A stretch of 15,128 nucleotides of DNA from a bacterium (GCA_043800755.1 JAZDMQ010000064.1:1-15128); one strand, 5' to 3'. Shown: positions 1-12,806, numbered from the stretch's first letter. Numbers and translations: made by a program. Notes: generated by a model from the letters alone, not told the origin.

Positions 1-131
1 TGATCGGTTTCGAATCGGAAGAGGATTGGTTTGACTACCGGTTAGAAAACGATCCGCGATTCCTCCAGCACATCGAATCGGCCAGAGCGAGCCTACGATC
101 CGGCAAAGGCGTCCTGATCGAGGATCTTTGA
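1..131 (+). CDS. 3' end of a type II toxin-antitoxin Phd/YefM-family antitoxin (truncated by window edge)
   Basis: Not in the ORF track. The frame from nt 3 reads IGFESEEDWFDYRLENDPRFLQHIESARASLRSGKGVLIEDL* (TGA 129-131). This matches, from memory, the C-terminal half of a subfamily of small prevent-host-death antitoxins (...GKPAGVLIGF.SE.DWFDYRLE.DPRF...). The N-terminal Phd domain is outside the window. Confidence 0.7.
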   Translation, partial: IGFESEEDWFDYRLENDPRFLQHIESARASLRSGKGVLIEDL

Positions 132-149
132 ATCGGAAAGGATTGAGCA

Positions 150-1124
150 ATGCAATATCGAAAGATGGGCAGGACGGGCCTCAAGGTCTCGGCGATCTGC
201 CTGGGGACCATGACCTACGGGAATCAGATCAACGAGGCGGAGGCCATCGGCATCATCAACCATGCCTTTGCCTCGGGCATCAATTTCTTCGATACCGCTG
301 ATTCTTACGCGGAGGGGCGCTCGGAGGAGATCGTGGGCAAGGCCATCCGGGATAAGCGGCAGCAGGTCGTCCTAGCCACCAAGGTCGCCAGCAAGGTCGG
401 CCCTGGACCCAACGATGCTGGACTGTCCCGAAAGCACATCCTGCAGGGAGTGGAGGAGAGCCTGCGGCGCCTCCAGACGGACTATATCGACCTCTATTAC
501 GCCCATGTGCCGGACTACGACACCCCGATCGAGGAGACCCTGCGGGCCTTCCATGACCTGGTTTCCCAGGGGAAGGTCCGCTATATCGCCTGTTCCAACG
601 TCCTTGCCTGGCAGCTCTGCAAGGCCCTCTGGATGAGCGACCGGAACCGCCTCTCCCGCTTCGAGTGCATTCAGTCGCCCTATAACCTGATTACCCGGGA
701 CATCGAATATGAGCTCCTGCCCCTCTGCGCCAGCGAAGGGGTGGGGGTCACGGCCTATAACCCGCTGGCGGCCGGCCTGCTGACCGGCAAGCACGACCCG
801 AGCAAGCCGACGGCTCCCGGCAGATTCACTATCGAGCGCCTGGGACCGGTCTATTACGAACGCTACTGGTCCGCCACCAACTTCGAGGCCGTGGCCAAGC
901 TCAAGCAGATCGCCGAATCGAATGGCCAGAGCCTGGCCCCCTTCTCCCTGGCCTGGATTCTCAACAACCCCACCCTCACTTCCGTCATCATCGGCGCGAG
1001 CTCCATAAAGCAACTGGAGGAAAACTTAGGGGCGGTGGAAGTGAAGCTGACGCCAGAGGAGCTCTCCGCCTGTGATGGGGTCTGGCAGGAACTCAGGCCG
1101 CTCCGCTTCTTCTACGGCAGATAG
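150..1124 (+). CDS. Aldo/keto reductase (Tas / Kv-beta-like subgroup), 324 aa
   Basis: N-terminal YRKMGRTGLKVSAICLGTM; catalytic tetrad motifs FFDTADSY (Asp, Tyr), LATK (Lys) and IDLYYAH (His); YNPLAAGLLTGK and IIGASSIKQLEEN cofactor-binding segments. Confidence 0.95.
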   Translation: MQYRKMGRTGLKVSAICLGTMTYGNQINEAEAIGIINHAFASGINFFDTADSYAEGRSEEIVGKAIRDKRQQVVLATKVASKVGPGPNDAGLSRKHILQGVEESLRRLQTDYIDLYYAHVPDYDTPIEETLRAFHDLVSQGKVRYIACSNVLAWQLCKALWMSDRNRLSRFECIQSPYNLITRDIEYELLPLCASEGVGVTAYNPLAAGLLTGKHDPSKPTAPGRFTIERLGPVYYERYWSATNFEAVAKLKQIAESNGQSLAPFSLAWILNNPTLTSVIIGASSIKQLEENLGAVEVKLTPEELSACDGVWQELRPLRFFYGR

Positions 1125-1167
1125 GACTTCCTCCGCAGGGAATCTTCTGTGACCTTCAAAATTTCCG

Positions 1168-1195
1168 TTGACTTTCTCCGCAATTGCGGTAATAT
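1168..1195 (+). promoter_or_regulatory. Sigma70-type promoter of the pyr operon
   Basis: -35 TTGACT (1168-1173), 16-bp spacer, -10 TAATAT (1190-1195) in a locally AT-rich intergenic region. The predicted start near 1201-1203 coincides with the 5' end of the PyrR-binding hairpin. Confidence 0.75.
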
Positions 1196-1202
1196 AGGCC
1201 TA

Positions 1203-1234
1203 CCTTTTAATCTAACTCGGTGAGGTTAGAAAGG
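1203..1234 (+). promoter_or_regulatory. PyrR-binding RNA hairpin (cis-regulatory element)
   Basis: CCTT-TTAA-TCTAACT-CGGTGA-GGTTAGA-AAGG. Lower stem CCTT/AAGG, a UUAA bulge (CUUUAA-type motif), upper stem TCTAACT/GGTTAGA and a CNGNGA hexaloop followed by GGYU. It fits the ARUCCNGNGAGGYU PyrR consensus with a UC->CU swap and lies directly upstream of pyrR. Confidence 0.9.
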
Positions 1235-1239
1235 GAGCC

Positions 1240-1898
<659 letters not shown>

Positions 1899-2006
1899 GG
1901 CAACGGGGCGCTGGCCCGTCAAGCGCCGGCCGTCGCGTCCCCTTGCCGCTGCCCAGGTTCCGGATGCCCTGAAATAGGCGCGAAAAGACAGAGATGGAGG
2001 TGGAAG

Positions 2007-2933
2007 GTGGCTTCAGTCTTGAAGGCGAAAGACATATTGGGGTTGGAAGAGATGGAGGCGGAGGACATCCAGTTCATCCTCGACACCGCCGAGTCAATGA
2101 AGGAAGTATCGGATCGAGAGATCAAGAAGGTTCCCGCGCTGCGCGGCAGGACCATGATCAACCTCTTCTACGAGCCGAGCACCCGGACCCGGACCTCCTT
2201 CGAGATCGCCGGCAAGAGGCTCTCCGCCGATGTGGTGAACATCTCCACCTCCTCCAGCTCGGTGGTGAAGGGAGAGACCTTGAAGGATACGGGCAAGAAC
2301 CTGATGGCCATGAGGCCCGATATCCTAGTGATCCGGCACTCCGCCGTGGGGGCCCCCAAGATCCTGGCCGACGCCCTCCCCATCCCGGTCATCAACGCCG
2401 GGGATGGGGCCCACGAGCATCCCACCCAGGGACTGCTCGATCTCTTCTCCATCCGGGAGAAAAAGAAGACCCTGAAGGGCCTGAAGGTGGCGATCGTGGG
2501 GGATATCACCCACAGCCGGGTGGCGCGTTCCAATATCCACGGCATGCGGAAGATGGGCATGGAGGTGAGGGTCGCCGGGCCGGCCACCCTGTTGCCGCGC
2601 TATGTCGAGCGGCTGGGGGTGGAGGTCTATACCGACCTGGATGAGGCCATCTCCGGGGTGGATGTCATCATGATGCTGCGCATCCAACTGGAGCGCCAGG
2701 GACAGGGTCTGTTTCCCTCCCTGCGCGAGTATTCCCGGCTCTTCGGCCTCAATCGGGCCAGGCTGGAGAAGGCGAAGGAGGATGTGCTGATCATGCATCC
2801 CGGGCCCATGAACCGGGGGGTAGAGATCTCCCCGGAGGTGGCGGATGGGCCTTACTCCATCATCCTCGACCAGGTGACCAACGGGGTGGCCATCCGCATG
2901 GCGATCCTCTTTCTGCTCCTGGGTGGAGTCTAA
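2007..2933 (+). CDS. pyrB: Aspartate carbamoyltransferase catalytic subunit
   Basis: [13 protein letters not shown] carbamoyl-phosphate motif, [40 protein letters not shown] start with GGAGGT SD at 1996-2001. Confidence 0.97.
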   Translation: MASVLKAKDILGLEEMEAEDIQFILDTAESMKEVSDREIKKVPALRGRTMINLFYEPSTRTRTSFEIAGKRLSADVVNISTSSSSVVKGETLKDTGKNLMAMRPDILVIRHSAVGAPKILADALPIPVINAGDGAHEHPTQGLLDLFSIREKKKTLKGLKVAIVGDITHSRVARSNIHGMRKMGMEVRVAGPATLLPRYVERLGVEVYTDLDEAISGVDVIMMLRIQLERQGQGLFPSLREYSRLFGLNRARLEKAKEDVLIMHPGPMNRGVEISPEVADGPYSIILDQVTNGVAIRMAILFLLLGGV

Positions 2934-2948
2934 AGCAAGGAGGAAGGA

Positions 2949-4220
2949 ATGTCCTTGGTGATCAAATCTGGAAGGGTCATAGATCCGGCCCAGGGCCTGG
3001 ACGAGGTCCTGGATGTCTTGATTCAGGAGGGTCGTATTGCCAAGTTGGGAAAGGGATTGAATGGCGAGGAGGTCGTCGACGCCCGGGGGAAGATCGTCTG
3101 CCCCGGGTTCATCGACATGCACACCCATCTGCGGGAGCCGGGCCGGGAGGACGAGGAGACCATTGCGAGCGGCTCTGTGGCTGCGGCTGCGGGCGGCTTC
3201 ACCGCCATCTGCTGCATGGCCAACACCAATCCCGTCAACGACAATCAGGCGGTGACCGATTTCATCCTGCATCAGGCGAAGACTCTCGCACTGATTTCGG
3301 TTTATCCCATCGGCGCCATCACCAAGGGCCTCAAGGGGGAGGAGATGGCGGAATTCGGCGACCTGAAGGCCGCAGGCTGCGTCGCGTTTTCGGACGATGG
3401 CCGGCCAGTGATGAATTCAAACCTGATGCGAAGGGCCCTCGAATACACGGGCATGCTGAATCTGCCCCTCATCGAGCACTGCGAGGATCTGAGCCTCTCC
3501 GGCTCCGGGGTGATGAACGAGGGCTTCACCAGCACCCGCCTGGGGTTTCGGGGGATCCCGGCGGCCGCGGAGGAGGTGATGGTGGCCCGGAATATCATCC
3601 TGGCCGAGATGACGGGGGCGCGCCTCCACATCGCCCATGTCAGCACCGCGGGCTCAACCCGCCTGATTCGGGAGGCAAAATCCCGGGGGGTCAGGGTGAG
3701 CGGGGAGGTCTGTCCCCACCACTTCGCCCTCTCCGAGGAGGCCCTGGCCAGCTTCGACACCAACCTGAAGATGAACCCCCCGCTGCGCTCGGCCGAGGAT
3801 GTCGCCGCCCTGAAGCAGGGCCTGGCGGACGGGACCCTGGAGGCGATCGCCTCTGACCACGCCCCCCATGCAGTCTCGGAGAAGGAGGTAGAGTTCGATT
3901 ATGCGGTGACCGGCATCGTCGGCCTGGAGACGGCGGTCTCCCTCTCCCTGCACGAGCTCTATCATAAGGGCGTCCTGCCCCTCCCCGACCTGGTGGCCCG
4001 GTTCACCGCGGGCCCGGCCGGGATCTTAGGGCTCAAGAAGGGGTGCCTGGCCGAGGGCTCGGATGCTGACCTCACTCTCTTGGATCTTGAAAAAGAGGTA
4101 CTGGTCGATCCCTCGAAGTCCCGCTCCAAGAGCCGGAACACCCCCTTCTCCGGATGGAAGCTGAAGGGGGCGCCCTGGATGACCCTCTGCGGAGGAAGGA
4201 TCGTCTTCGATGGCCGCTGA
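2949..4220 (+). CDS. pyrC: Dihydroorotase, long (type I) form
   Basis: [14 protein letters not shown] (HxH metal ligands), FSDDG, EHCED, HIAHVST, KMNPPLR, ASDHAPH. Metal and catalytic residues are intact, so this is not an inactive pyrC'. Confidence 0.96.
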   Translation: MSLVIKSGRVIDPAQGLDEVLDVLIQEGRIAKLGKGLNGEEVVDARGKIVCPGFIDMHTHLREPGREDEETIASGSVAAAAGGFTAICCMANTNPVNDNQAVTDFILHQAKTLALISVYPIGAITKGLKGEEMAEFGDLKAAGCVAFSDDGRPVMNSNLMRRALEYTGMLNLPLIEHCEDLSLSGSGVMNEGFTSTRLGFRGIPAAAEEVMVARNIILAEMTGARLHIAHVSTAGSTRLIREAKSRGVRVSGEVCPHHFALSEEALASFDTNLKMNPPLRSAEDVAALKQGLADGTLEAIASDHAPHAVSEKEVEFDYAVTGIVGLETAVSLSLHELYHKGVLPLPDLVARFTAGPAGILGLKKGCLAEGSDADLTLLDLEKEVLVDPSKSRSKSRNTPFSGWKLKGAPWMTLCGGRIVFDGR

Positions 4221-5457
4221 GAAACAACGGAAGAGGGCCCTCCTGGCCCTGGCCGATGGGGTCTTCTTTGAGGGCTACTCCTTCGGGGCCGAGGGGGAGG
4301 CGACCGGCGAGGTGGTCTTCAACACCAGCATGATGGGCTATCAGGAGATCCTCACCGATCCCTCCTACAAGGGCCAGGTCGTCACCATGACCTATCCCCT
4401 GATCGGAAACTGCGGGGTGAACGCGGAGGACTTCGAATCCTTCCGCCCCTTTGTGGACGGCTTCGTGGTGCGGGAGTATTGCCCCTATCCTTCCAACTGG
4501 CGATCCGAGATGTCCCTGGGCAACTTCATGCAGAAGTGGGGGATCGTAGGGATCGAGGGGGTGGACACCCGGGCCCTCACCCGGCACATCCGGGACGCGG
4601 GCGCCCAGCAGGGGGTCATCTCTACCTCGGACCTGGATCCGGGGAGCCTGGCGGCCAAGGCCCAGGCCTCCCCGCCCATGGTGGGCCTGGATCTGGCCAA
4701 GGAGGTCACCTGCCAGCAGCCCTATCTCTGGAAAGGGAAAGAGTGGGAGTGGGAAAGGCCAACCCCGGGAGGGCGGGCTCCTCGGCCCTCGACTCCTGAG
4801 AAAGAGGAATTTTCCATCCTCCAACTGCGGGATCTCCTCGGCCAGGAGGAAAAGGCTGGCGATGGCGCAGGAGGGCGATTTCGGGTGGTGGCCTACGACT
4901 GCGGGATCAAGCTCAATATCCTGCGCAAGCTGGTGAGCTCAGGATTTGAGGTGATCGTGGTTCCCGCCTTTACCTCGGCGGAGGAGGTCTTGTCGCTCAA
5001 GCCTCACGGCCTCTTGCTCTCCAATGGCCCGGGCGATCCGGAGCCGGTGAGCTATCTGATCGAGAATGTGAGAAGGCTCACCGGCAAGCTGCCCATCTTC
5101 GGCATCTGCCTGGGACACCAGATCTTGGGTTTGGCCCTGGGGGCCAGGACTTACAAGCTCAAGTTCGGCCATCACGGCGGGAATCATCCCGTGAAGGACC
5201 TGGCCACCGGGAAGGTGGAGATCACGGCCCAGAACCACGGCTTCGCGGTAGACCTCTCTCCCCTGGGCGAGGGAGGAGGGGAAGAAGAGGTCTTTTTGAC
5301 CCACCTCAACCTGAACGATCAGACCTGCGAGGGGATCGCCCATAAGGATCTGCCCCTCTTTTCAGTTCAGTACCATCCCGAGGCCTCCCCCGGCCCTCAC
5401 GACCCTGGCTATCTCTTCGGGCGATTCCGAGATCTGATGCAGAGATACTGGAGCTAA
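4210..5457 (+). CDS. carA: Carbamoyl-phosphate synthase small (glutaminase) subunit
   Basis: [35 protein letters not shown] (catalytic Cys), [24 protein letters not shown]; overlaps the pyrC end by 11 nt. Confidence 0.97.
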   Translation: MAAEKQRKRALLALADGVFFEGYSFGAEGEATGEVVFNTSMMGYQEILTDPSYKGQVVTMTYPLIGNCGVNAEDFESFRPFVDGFVVREYCPYPSNWRSEMSLGNFMQKWGIVGIEGVDTRALTRHIRDAGAQQGVISTSDLDPGSLAAKAQASPPMVGLDLAKEVTCQQPYLWKGKEWEWERPTPGGRAPRPSTPEKEEFSILQLRDLLGQEEKAGDGAGGRFRVVAYDCGIKLNILRKLVSSGFEVIVVPAFTSAEEVLSLKPHGLLLSNGPGDPEPVSYLIENVRRLTGKLPIFGICLGHQILGLALGARTYKLKFGHHGGNHPVKDLATGKVEITAQNHGFAVDLSPLGEGGGEEEVFLTHLNLNDQTCEGIAHKDLPLFSVQYHPEASPGPHDPGYLFGRFRDLMQRYWS

Positions 5458-5463
5458 AGAAAG

Positions 5464-8740
<3,277 letters not shown>

Positions 8741-8763
<23 letters not shown>

Positions 8764-9559
8764 TCAGGAGGTTCGCCCCTCCTATTTCAAGATGGGCCTG
8801 GAGGGCCCTGGATTGCGCGTGGGGTTTGAGCCGGGCCAATTCTTCATGGTGCGGATCGGGGAGGGACCTGATCCCTTGCTGCGCCTTCCCTTCTCCATTC
8901 ACTGGATGAAGGAGGGATCTCTCGATATCCTCTATCGGATTGTGGGGAGGGGCACGGAGGCCTTGGCCTCCTTCAAGCCTGGTCAGGAGATCGACCTCCT
9001 CGGCCCGCTGGGCAAGGGATTTCTCATCCCCTTCGACTTAGGATCGGCCCTCCTGGTGGCCGGGGGGATGGGGATCGCGCCCCTGCGGGGCCTGGCCGGA
9101 CGGCTCTACGCTCTGTTGGAAGGGTTTGGCACCCAGGCCCACCGCGCCGACCTGGAAGCAAAGGTGACCGCCATCATCGGGGGGAAAGGGAGCGGGGATA
9201 TCCTGTGCACCGAGGAGCTCCAGGCCCTGGGGGCAGAGGTACACATCTCCACCGAGGACGGGAGCCTGGGGGAAAAGGGCCTGGCCACTGACCTGCTCGG
9301 CAAGCTTTTGTCTGAATCCCGGGCCAGCAGCCCCCTCCCTTCCATCCTCTATGCCTGCGGCCCCCGGCCGATGCTGGCTAAGGTCGCCCGGATCGCCCAT
9401 CAGGCTAAGATCCCCTGCCAGGTCTCCCTGGAGGAATACATGGCCTGCGGCATCGGGGCCTGCACGGGCTGCGCGGTGAAGACGAAAACACAGGCCGATT
9501 CCTATCAACTGGTGTGCAAGGATGGGCCGGTCTTCGACGCGGAGTTGATCCAATGGTGA
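8741..9559 (+). CDS. pyrK: Dihydroorotate dehydrogenase electron-transfer subunit (FAD, 2Fe-2S)
   Basis: [32 protein letters not shown] and the 2Fe-2S motif [14 protein letters not shown]...[11 protein letters not shown] start with GGAGG at 8727-8731; an in-frame stop lies at 8735-8737, so this is the earliest possible start. Overlaps carB by 23 nt. Confidence 0.93.
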
Positions 9560-10521
9560 AGCGGGGCTCCACCCCTAAAGGACCAAGGCCCGCGGGAGGG
9601 GGGATTTTCGAGCCGGACCTCTCGGTGGAGTTGGCGGGCATCCGCATGCGGAACCCGGTGATGACCGCCTCCGGCACCTTCGGCTACGGGAGGGAGTTCG
9701 AGCCCTATCTCGACCTCAACCGCCTGGGCGCCCTGGTGGTGAAGACCATCACCCTCAAGCCCCGGGCGGGCAACCCCCCGCCCCGGGTGGTGGAGACCCC
9801 GGCCGGGATGCTCAATGCCATCGGCCTCCAGAACGCGGGACTGGAGGCCTTTCTGCAGGAGCACCTCCCCTACCTGCGCCAGCTCTCCCCTCCCCTGATC
9901 GTCAATATCGCCGGCACCTCCATCGAGGAATTTGCGAGCCTCTCCTCCCGCCTGAGCCAGGAGCAAGGCATTGCCGGCATTGAACTGAATGTCTCCTGCC
10001 CCAACCTGGCCGACGGCCTCGTCTATGGGACCAATGCGAATCTACTTTCCTCCCTGGTGGGCCGGGTTCGCCAGGCCACCCACCTTCCCCTCCTGGTGAA
10101 GCTCTCCCCCAATGTGACGGACATCGCCCTGATGGCCCGCGCCGCGGCCGAGGCCGGGGCAGACGGCCTCTGCCTCATCAACACCCTCTTAGGGATGGCC
10201 ATCGATATCGAGACCAGAAGGCCCAAGTTGGCCAATGTGACGGGCGGGCTCTCCGGCCCGGCGATCAAGCCCGTGGCCGTGCGCATGGTTTATCAGGTTG
10301 CCCGGGCCGTGAAGATTCCCATCGTCGGCCTGGGGGGGATCATGACCGCCGAAGACGCCCTGGAGTTCCTGATCGCCGGCGCCCGAGCCGTAGCGGTGGG
10401 CACGGCCAACTTCGTGGACCCTGGCTCCTGCCTCAAGATCATTGAAGGGCTGAGGGCCTACCTGATTTCACACCAGATCCCCCGCCTCCAGGACCTGATC
10501 GGCACCCTGATCACGGATTAG
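9553..10521 (+). CDS. pyrD: Dihydroorotate dehydrogenase family 1B catalytic subunit
   Basis: NPVMTASGTFG, NAIGLQN, ELNVSCPN (catalytic Cys), VKLSPN, GGLSGPAIKP, GLGGI; adjacent to pyrK. Start moved from 9514 to ATG 9553 (GGAG at 9541-9544, overlap with the pyrK stop). Confidence 0.95.
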   Translation: MVKRGSTPKGPRPAGGGIFEPDLSVELAGIRMRNPVMTASGTFGYGREFEPYLDLNRLGALVVKTITLKPRAGNPPPRVVETPAGMLNAIGLQNAGLEAFLQEHLPYLRQLSPPLIVNIAGTSIEEFASLSSRLSQEQGIAGIELNVSCPNLADGLVYGTNANLLSSLVGRVRQATHLPLLVKLSPNVTDIALMARAAAEAGADGLCLINTLLGMAIDIETRRPKLANVTGGLSGPAIKPVAVRMVYQVARAVKIPIVGLGGIMTAEDALEFLIAGARAVAVGTANFVDPGSCLKIIEGLRAYLISHQIPRLQDLIGTLITD

Positions 10522-10557
10522 CCCTCCTCCCATCAGCGACCCTTTCCCATTCTTTAT

Positions 10558-10585
10558 TTGACGAAGGATCGCCTTGTGCTATACT
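10558..10585 (+). promoter_or_regulatory. Sigma70-type promoter with extended -10 for the downstream cluster
   Basis: -35 TTGACG (10558-10563), 16-bp spacer, TGcTATACT extended -10 (10577-10585), T-rich stretch upstream, AGGAGG at 10599-10604 ahead of ATG 10617. Confidence 0.8.
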
Positions 10586-10616
10586 GGGGCCGACTTCCAG
10601 GAGGCTTGAGCGATTC

Positions 10617-11459
10617 ATGGGCTCCTTTTCCCAATCCCATCAAGAGGCCGTTTGGCTCTTTGAAAGGCACTTCGCCCTGAGCCAGCCGCGACCAGATCTA
10701 GATTACCTCCGCCAGATCCTGCGGCACTACGCCCGGATCCCCTACGAGAATATCAGCAAGATCATCAAGGTGGCAAAGAACCCGGATCCGGAGGCAAAGT
10801 TTCGCCTCCCCCGGGAGCTCATGGAGGACCACATCGAGCACCGCCTGGGCGGGACCTGCTTCTCCCTGACCTATTTCCTGGAACAGATCCTGGTCGGCTC
10901 GGGCTATTCCTGCCATAAGGCGATGGCCCACATGCAGGCCGGGGAGAATATCCACTGCGTGATGGTGGTGGAGGCCTCCGGCGGCCGCTATCTGGTCGAT
11001 CCCGGTTATCTGCTCTGGGAGCCGCTTCCCTTGTCATTCGAGGGCCCCCAGGTCTCCTATACGCCGCGAGGTGGGGTGGAGCTTGAGTACGATGCGAATA
11101 GTGGCCTCTTCCACGTCTTCACCTCCGATATCGGGGGTCGCAAGTGGCGATATCGCTTCTCCGATCGGGCGGTCTCCGATGGCGAATTCCGGGAGCACTG
11201 GATCGCCTCCTTCTCCAAGCCCACGATGCACAACATCCTCCTGAACCAGTTGACGGAAAAAGGACAGCTCTATATCCGGGGTAACCACCTCCGCCTCACC
11301 TCCCTTTCCGAGGAGAAGAAGGCGAATATCCGCCAGGATTATCACCGCCAGATCCAGGAGTTCTTTGGCATCGAACCCCGGTGGGTGGAGGAGGCCCTAT
11401 CGATCGTGAAAAGGCAACGGCTGGAATGGAAACAACGGAAGGGTCTGGGCCTTGGCTGA
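10617..11459 (+). CDS. Arylamine N-acetyltransferase-family protein (Cys-His-Asp triad)
   Basis: RIPYENI, RLGGTCFSL (GGxC catalytic Cys), HCVMVV (His) and YLVDPGY (Asp) in the expected order and spacing; 280 aa. Confidence 0.85.
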   Translation: MGSFSQSHQEAVWLFERHFALSQPRPDLDYLRQILRHYARIPYENISKIIKVAKNPDPEAKFRLPRELMEDHIEHRLGGTCFSLTYFLEQILVGSGYSCHKAMAHMQAGENIHCVMVVEASGGRYLVDPGYLLWEPLPLSFEGPQVSYTPRGGVELEYDANSGLFHVFTSDIGGRKWRYRFSDRAVSDGEFREHWIASFSKPTMHNILLNQLTEKGQLYIRGNHLRLTSLSEEKKANIRQDYHRQIQEFFGIEPRWVEEALSIVKRQRLEWKQRKGLGLG

Positions 11460-12018
11460 GCCGAGAGAACCTCAGCCGGTCAAGCTTCTGGTGGGGATCC
11501 TCTATGGAGCCCAGGAGGACATGGACTGGGCGAAAGGGCGACTGGAGCAGGAATTTGGCCCCATCGACTTTGTCTCAGTCCCCTCCTCCTTCCAATTTAC
11601 GGGCTATTACGCAAAGGAGATGGGACCGAACCTTTGGCGGGCGTTTTTCTCCTTCGAGCAGCTCATCGATCCTTCGGCTCTGGCCTCCATCAAGCTCACG
11701 ACCAATCGGCTGGAGCAGGAGCGAACCGAGGGAGGCAGAAGGCATGTCAACCTGGACCCAGGCTACCTGGATTATTATAAGATCGTTCTCGCCTCGGGCA
11801 AGCCCAGCGGCCAGAAGATCTATCTGGGCCAGGGGATCTATGCCGACCCGGCCCTGTACTACGACAGAGGCTGGAAGCCTTACGATTGGGGGTTTCCGGA
11901 CTTCCGCCAGGGGGAATACAATGAGATCTTCACCACCATCCGGGGGATCTACAAGAGGCAGTGTCGAGAGCCGCGCTTGGCTCCGGAGGTGGAGGGTGCG
12001 GGCGGGCTGCATCATTGA
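11452..12018 (+). CDS. DUF4416-like protein of unknown function
   Basis: PxPVKLLVG, LEQEFGPID, YYAKEMG, RHVNLDPGYL, IYLGQGIYA and WGFPDFR motifs recalled as typical of DUF4416; TTG start overlapping the NAT stop by 8 nt. Confidence 0.8.
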   Translation: MAEPREPQPVKLLVGILYGAQEDMDWAKGRLEQEFGPIDFVSVPSSFQFTGYYAKEMGPNLWRAFFSFEQLIDPSALASIKLTTNRLEQERTEGGRRHVNLDPGYLDYYKIVLASGKPSGQKIYLGQGIYADPALYYDRGWKPYDWGFPDFRQGEYNEIFTTIRGIYKRQCREPRLAPEVEGAGGLHH

Positions 12019-12032
12019 TAGAAGGGGGAGTC

Positions 12033-12806
12033 ATGAGGTTAAAGGATAAGGTTTCCATCATCACCGGGGCGGGATCGGGCCTGGGGAGGGAGATCGCCCT
12101 GCTCTTCGCCCGTGAGGGAAGTTCGGTGGTGGTGGCCGAGCTGAGGGAGGATTCGGGGCGAGCCGTGGTGGAGGAGATTCAAGAGTCAGGTGGATCTGCC
12201 CTTTGCGTACCGACCGATGTGAGCCGGGCGGCCGATGCGGAGCGAATGGCCCAGGAGGCCCTGAGGGCCTTTGGCCGAATCGATATCCTGGTCAATAACG
12301 CCGGGATCAACCCCTCCCGTGTGCCGGTGGCCGAGACCAGCGTGGAGCACTGGGACCTGACCCTGGCGGTCAACCTCAAGGGCGTATTCCTCTGCTCCAA
12401 GGCGGTCCTGCCGGAGATGATGCAGCGGCGCCAGGGGGCCATCCTCCACATTGCCTCGGCTGCCGGCCTGATCGGCTGCTCCTCCCGGGCCGCCTACTCC
12501 GCCTCCAAGGGAGGGGTGGTGGGCCTCACCCGGAGCATGGCGGTGGACTATGCCCACTATGGGATTCGGGTCAATTCCCTCTGCCCGGGCTTTGTGGAAA
12601 CCGAGCTCACCCACGACTATTTTGAGGCGAGGCGGAAAGACGCGGCAGCCTGGCAGCACATCCTCGACCTCCATGCGCTGGAGCGGATCGGCAAGCCCTC
12701 GGACGTGGCCTATGCAGCTCTCTTTCTGGTCTCCGATGAGGCCCCCTGGATCACCGGATTGAACCTGCCGGTGGATGGGGGATTCACGAGCGTCAAGCGC
12801 ATCTAA
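12033..12806 (+). CDS. Classical short-chain dehydrogenase/reductase (SDR), paralog 1, 257 aa
   Basis: TGAGSGLG, NNAG, Ser of IAS, YSASK (YxxxK), PGFVET, VDGG. Start moved to ATG 12033 (GGGGGAG just upstream; aligns with the N-terminus of paralog 2). Confidence 0.95.
   Translation: MRLKDKVSIITGAGSGLGREIALLFAREGSSVVVAELREDSGRAVVEEIQESGGSALCVPTDVSRAADAERMAQEALRAFGRIDILVNNAGINPSRVPVAETSVEHWDLTLAVNLKGVFLCSKAVLPEMMQRRQGAILHIASAAGLIGCSSRAAYSASKGGVVGLTRSMAVDYAHYGIRVNSLCPGFVETELTHDYFEARRKDAAAWQHILDLHALERIGKPSDVAYAALFLVSDEAPWITGLNLPVDGGFTSVKRI

Noticed and set aside
12-138. Repeated GAATCGG(AA) at 12, 75 and 130
   Set aside because: Only 7-9 nt long, irregularly spaced and mostly within coding sequence; not a CRISPR array or convincing target-site duplication.
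1123-1150. Possible terminator after the aldo/keto reductase
   Set aside because: The stem is short, bulged and relies on G-U pairs, and there is no proper U tract.
1994-2644. 216-aa alternative-frame + strand ORF overlapping pyrB (likewise 4479-4799, 6042-6464, 7502-7825, 11381-12049, 14790-15113)
   Set aside because: Arg/Gly/Pro-rich off-frame translations with no family motifs; the overlapping frames encode the recognisable proteins.
9514-9552. ORF-track upstream starts for pyrD (9514), SDR1 (11961) and pfk (13631)
   Set aside because: Downstream ATGs at 9553, 12033 and 13697 have SD sequences and fit family N-termini better; the extensions overlap upstream genes or intergenic sequence.
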